Assembly: GCA_001179505.1 (NCBI GenBank)
Contig: CDMY01000123.1
Coordinates: 120,769-184,768 of the forward strand
Origin: Vitrella brassicaformis CCMP3155
Taxonomy: Eukaryota; Protista; Chromerida
Direction: 5' to 3'
DNA length: 64,000 nucleotides
Shown here: one piece after another, positions 62,349 to 64,000 of the stretch
How the letters are laid out: every line of letters starts with the position of its first letter
Position numbering within the stretch: the first letter of the stretch is position 1
Program-made: the position numbers and the translations under genes
Notes under the pieces: generated by a model
What the model saw: the letters and a program-made list of their open reading frames with translations, nothing else
Told to the model about the DNA's origin: nothing
Databases searched by the model: none

Positions 62349-64000
62349 ATGGCGTCGTCGGGGACCCAAGGAGGCGGAGATATACCTCCCTTCCCTTTTC
62401 CACCCACCCCTCGCATGCCGTCCACCCACCCAGCGATCGAGAGACTCAACACCGCCTTGGCCATCCAGGCTGTGGAGAAACTGCTGAAGTTGGAGATGGT
62501 GCAAAAGGTCGGGCAGTGGTTCATCAACCAAGCGGCACAGCAGCTGGGAGCCGGCCTGGCGCTTTTTGCGAGGGAGGAAGGCATTGGAGAGGGCGCCAGG
62601 CAGGCTGAGGCGCAACGACTCGAGCAGGAGTTCCATCGGCGGTTCAATGCCCTCGTGAGCAGGGCAACAGGAGGAGATGCGCGTCTAGCTGAGAACCTGC
62701 AGCGGATGGAGGTGCGTGACCAAGGGAGGCCCCTCACACCACAGCAAGAGATCTTCCTTACGGAGTGGATGGCAGCTGGGCGGCAGGAGCAGCAAAGGAA
62801 GGAGGTGCAGCACCTCTTCGCCCTTCGTCAGAAAGCGGATGAATTGTGGCAGCAGCTGGGTATGGTGGGAGGGGGGACCGGAGAGACAGGAGGATCAACG
62901 AGAGCGACGGCCCCCTTCCCGGGCGACGACTGGGAGCCCCACTTCAAAACCCTGGAATGGATGGAGGGCACCACGGGCCAGGAGGTGATGGTGTACATGA
63001 TGTCCAACAACAACAACAACCAGCCGGGAGGGAGGGGAACAGCGGGGGGAGTGGTCATGGGCTCGGCCCCGGCGACAATCTCAAGCACCACCCCGGCAAC
63101 GGCGGGCCCCTCACCAGCCACGGGCACCTCATCAAGCTCCGCAGCAGCTGCAACCGCAGCCGCAAGCATCTCGACAACGGGGCCAGCCGTCATCCCGAGC
63201 ATGGCGCCTCCAGCACCCTGAAGCCAACCAGCAGCTGCGGCCGCCGCCACATCCAACCAGCAGCCGCCACCGGGACTGATTCCGCCAGCAGGACTGATGC
63301 CGCCAACAGGACTGATGCCGCCAGCGAACACCCAACCGAGGTCAGCACTGGGGATCATGCAGGGGATCGCATCCAATGGGGCGTCACACACTCAACCACT
63401 ATTCGAGAACCAGTCGATGGGCGCCTACCCGAGTGAGGCAGTGCCCACGCCGTTCACCAGCCTGACCGGAGGCAACCTGGGCGACTCGTCGCCCAACCCC
63501 GTACAGCCAAGTGGCCAGTTTGATATGGGCGCGTGCCAGGCCTTAGCCACCAGTATACAGCAGGCCATGCAGCAGGCCGCGGTCAGTGAGAGCACGTGCT
63601 CAACCAAGTAGCGCTCGCCGAGGGGCAATTTGTGTGGGCTCTGGTGTGTGTGGTGGTGTGCGTGCGTGTGTGTGTGTGTGTGTGTGCAGGCACCGGCTGT
63701 CGATAACAGGAGCGTCTTCTGCCAGCTGATCACCACATCCGACCGCAACGTCCAGCACGTGTCCGAGGTGGACAGCATCAAAGCAGACCCTCTCTTTCTC
63801 CAGCACCCAGCACTCGGCCGGCTGGCCGACGTGGTCAAAAGGCTGGAGGAGCAGCTGCGGTCCCAGGGACAGCTGCTGGAAGGAGACATGCTCGCCCACT
63901 ACCTAGACGGCTCCATGCAGCGCGACCTGTGCGCAGCCCTCGCCATCGAAGTGCGCAAAGGAAGGGACAAGGACAACACGGTCTTCGGGGCACGGACAGG
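62349..64000 (+). pseudogene. Long interrupted ORF (helical plus Pro/Ala-rich; possibly gag-like), runs off the right edge
   Basis: Frame 62190-63221 is broken by TGA at 63219-63221 but continues in the same frame to about 63581. A GT...GTGTGCAG intron (about 63582-63689) follows, then an exon with an apparent further frameshift near 63895. Confidence 0.45.

Noticed and set aside
21477-63221. TGA reassignment or selenocysteine, suggested by in-frame TGAs in centrin and the 62-63 kb ORF
   Set aside because: TGA is the evident true stop of the Mob1, ANTH, Herp-like and BRWD genes, and the affected positions are not redox Cys sites. No SECIS was identified.

Overview
Gene-dense eukaryotic (protist) genomic DNA, GC-rich, with many short spliceosomal introns filled with (GT)n/(CA)n, (GA)n, (GGAT)n and (GTCT)n microsatellites. 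The style suggests a chromerid alveolate such as Vitrella brassicaformis, but this is an inference. Most ORF-track entries are artefacts of reading through microsatellite introns. Conserved genes recognisable by hand-splicing: mTERF 3' end, a RING protein, DNA polymerase delta (about 44 exons, at least six GC-AG introns), a membrane TLDc protein, a Mob1-family protein, a USP deubiquitinase, a Herp-like ER membrane protein, an OS-9/ERLEC1-like lectin fused to a YccV/HspQ domain, an ANTH protein, a BRWD/PHIP-like protein with an added PHD-like finger, a secreted DM13 protein, a MYND protein, an RMND1/Rmd1 (DUF155) protein and a HAT1-like acetyltransferase. Accessory zones (about 16-24.6 kb, 49-54 kb and 57-64 kb) hold duplicated, truncated or frameshifted gene pieces: a centrin 3' half with an in-frame TGA, three copies of an unknown 'MPNTPPSVEAP' gene, a second truncated HAT1, inverted dispersed repeats and an interrupted gag-like ORF. 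No rRNA, tRNA or CRISPR array was recognised. The most notable candidate is the OS-9-YccV fusion sitting next to Herp-like and USP genes.
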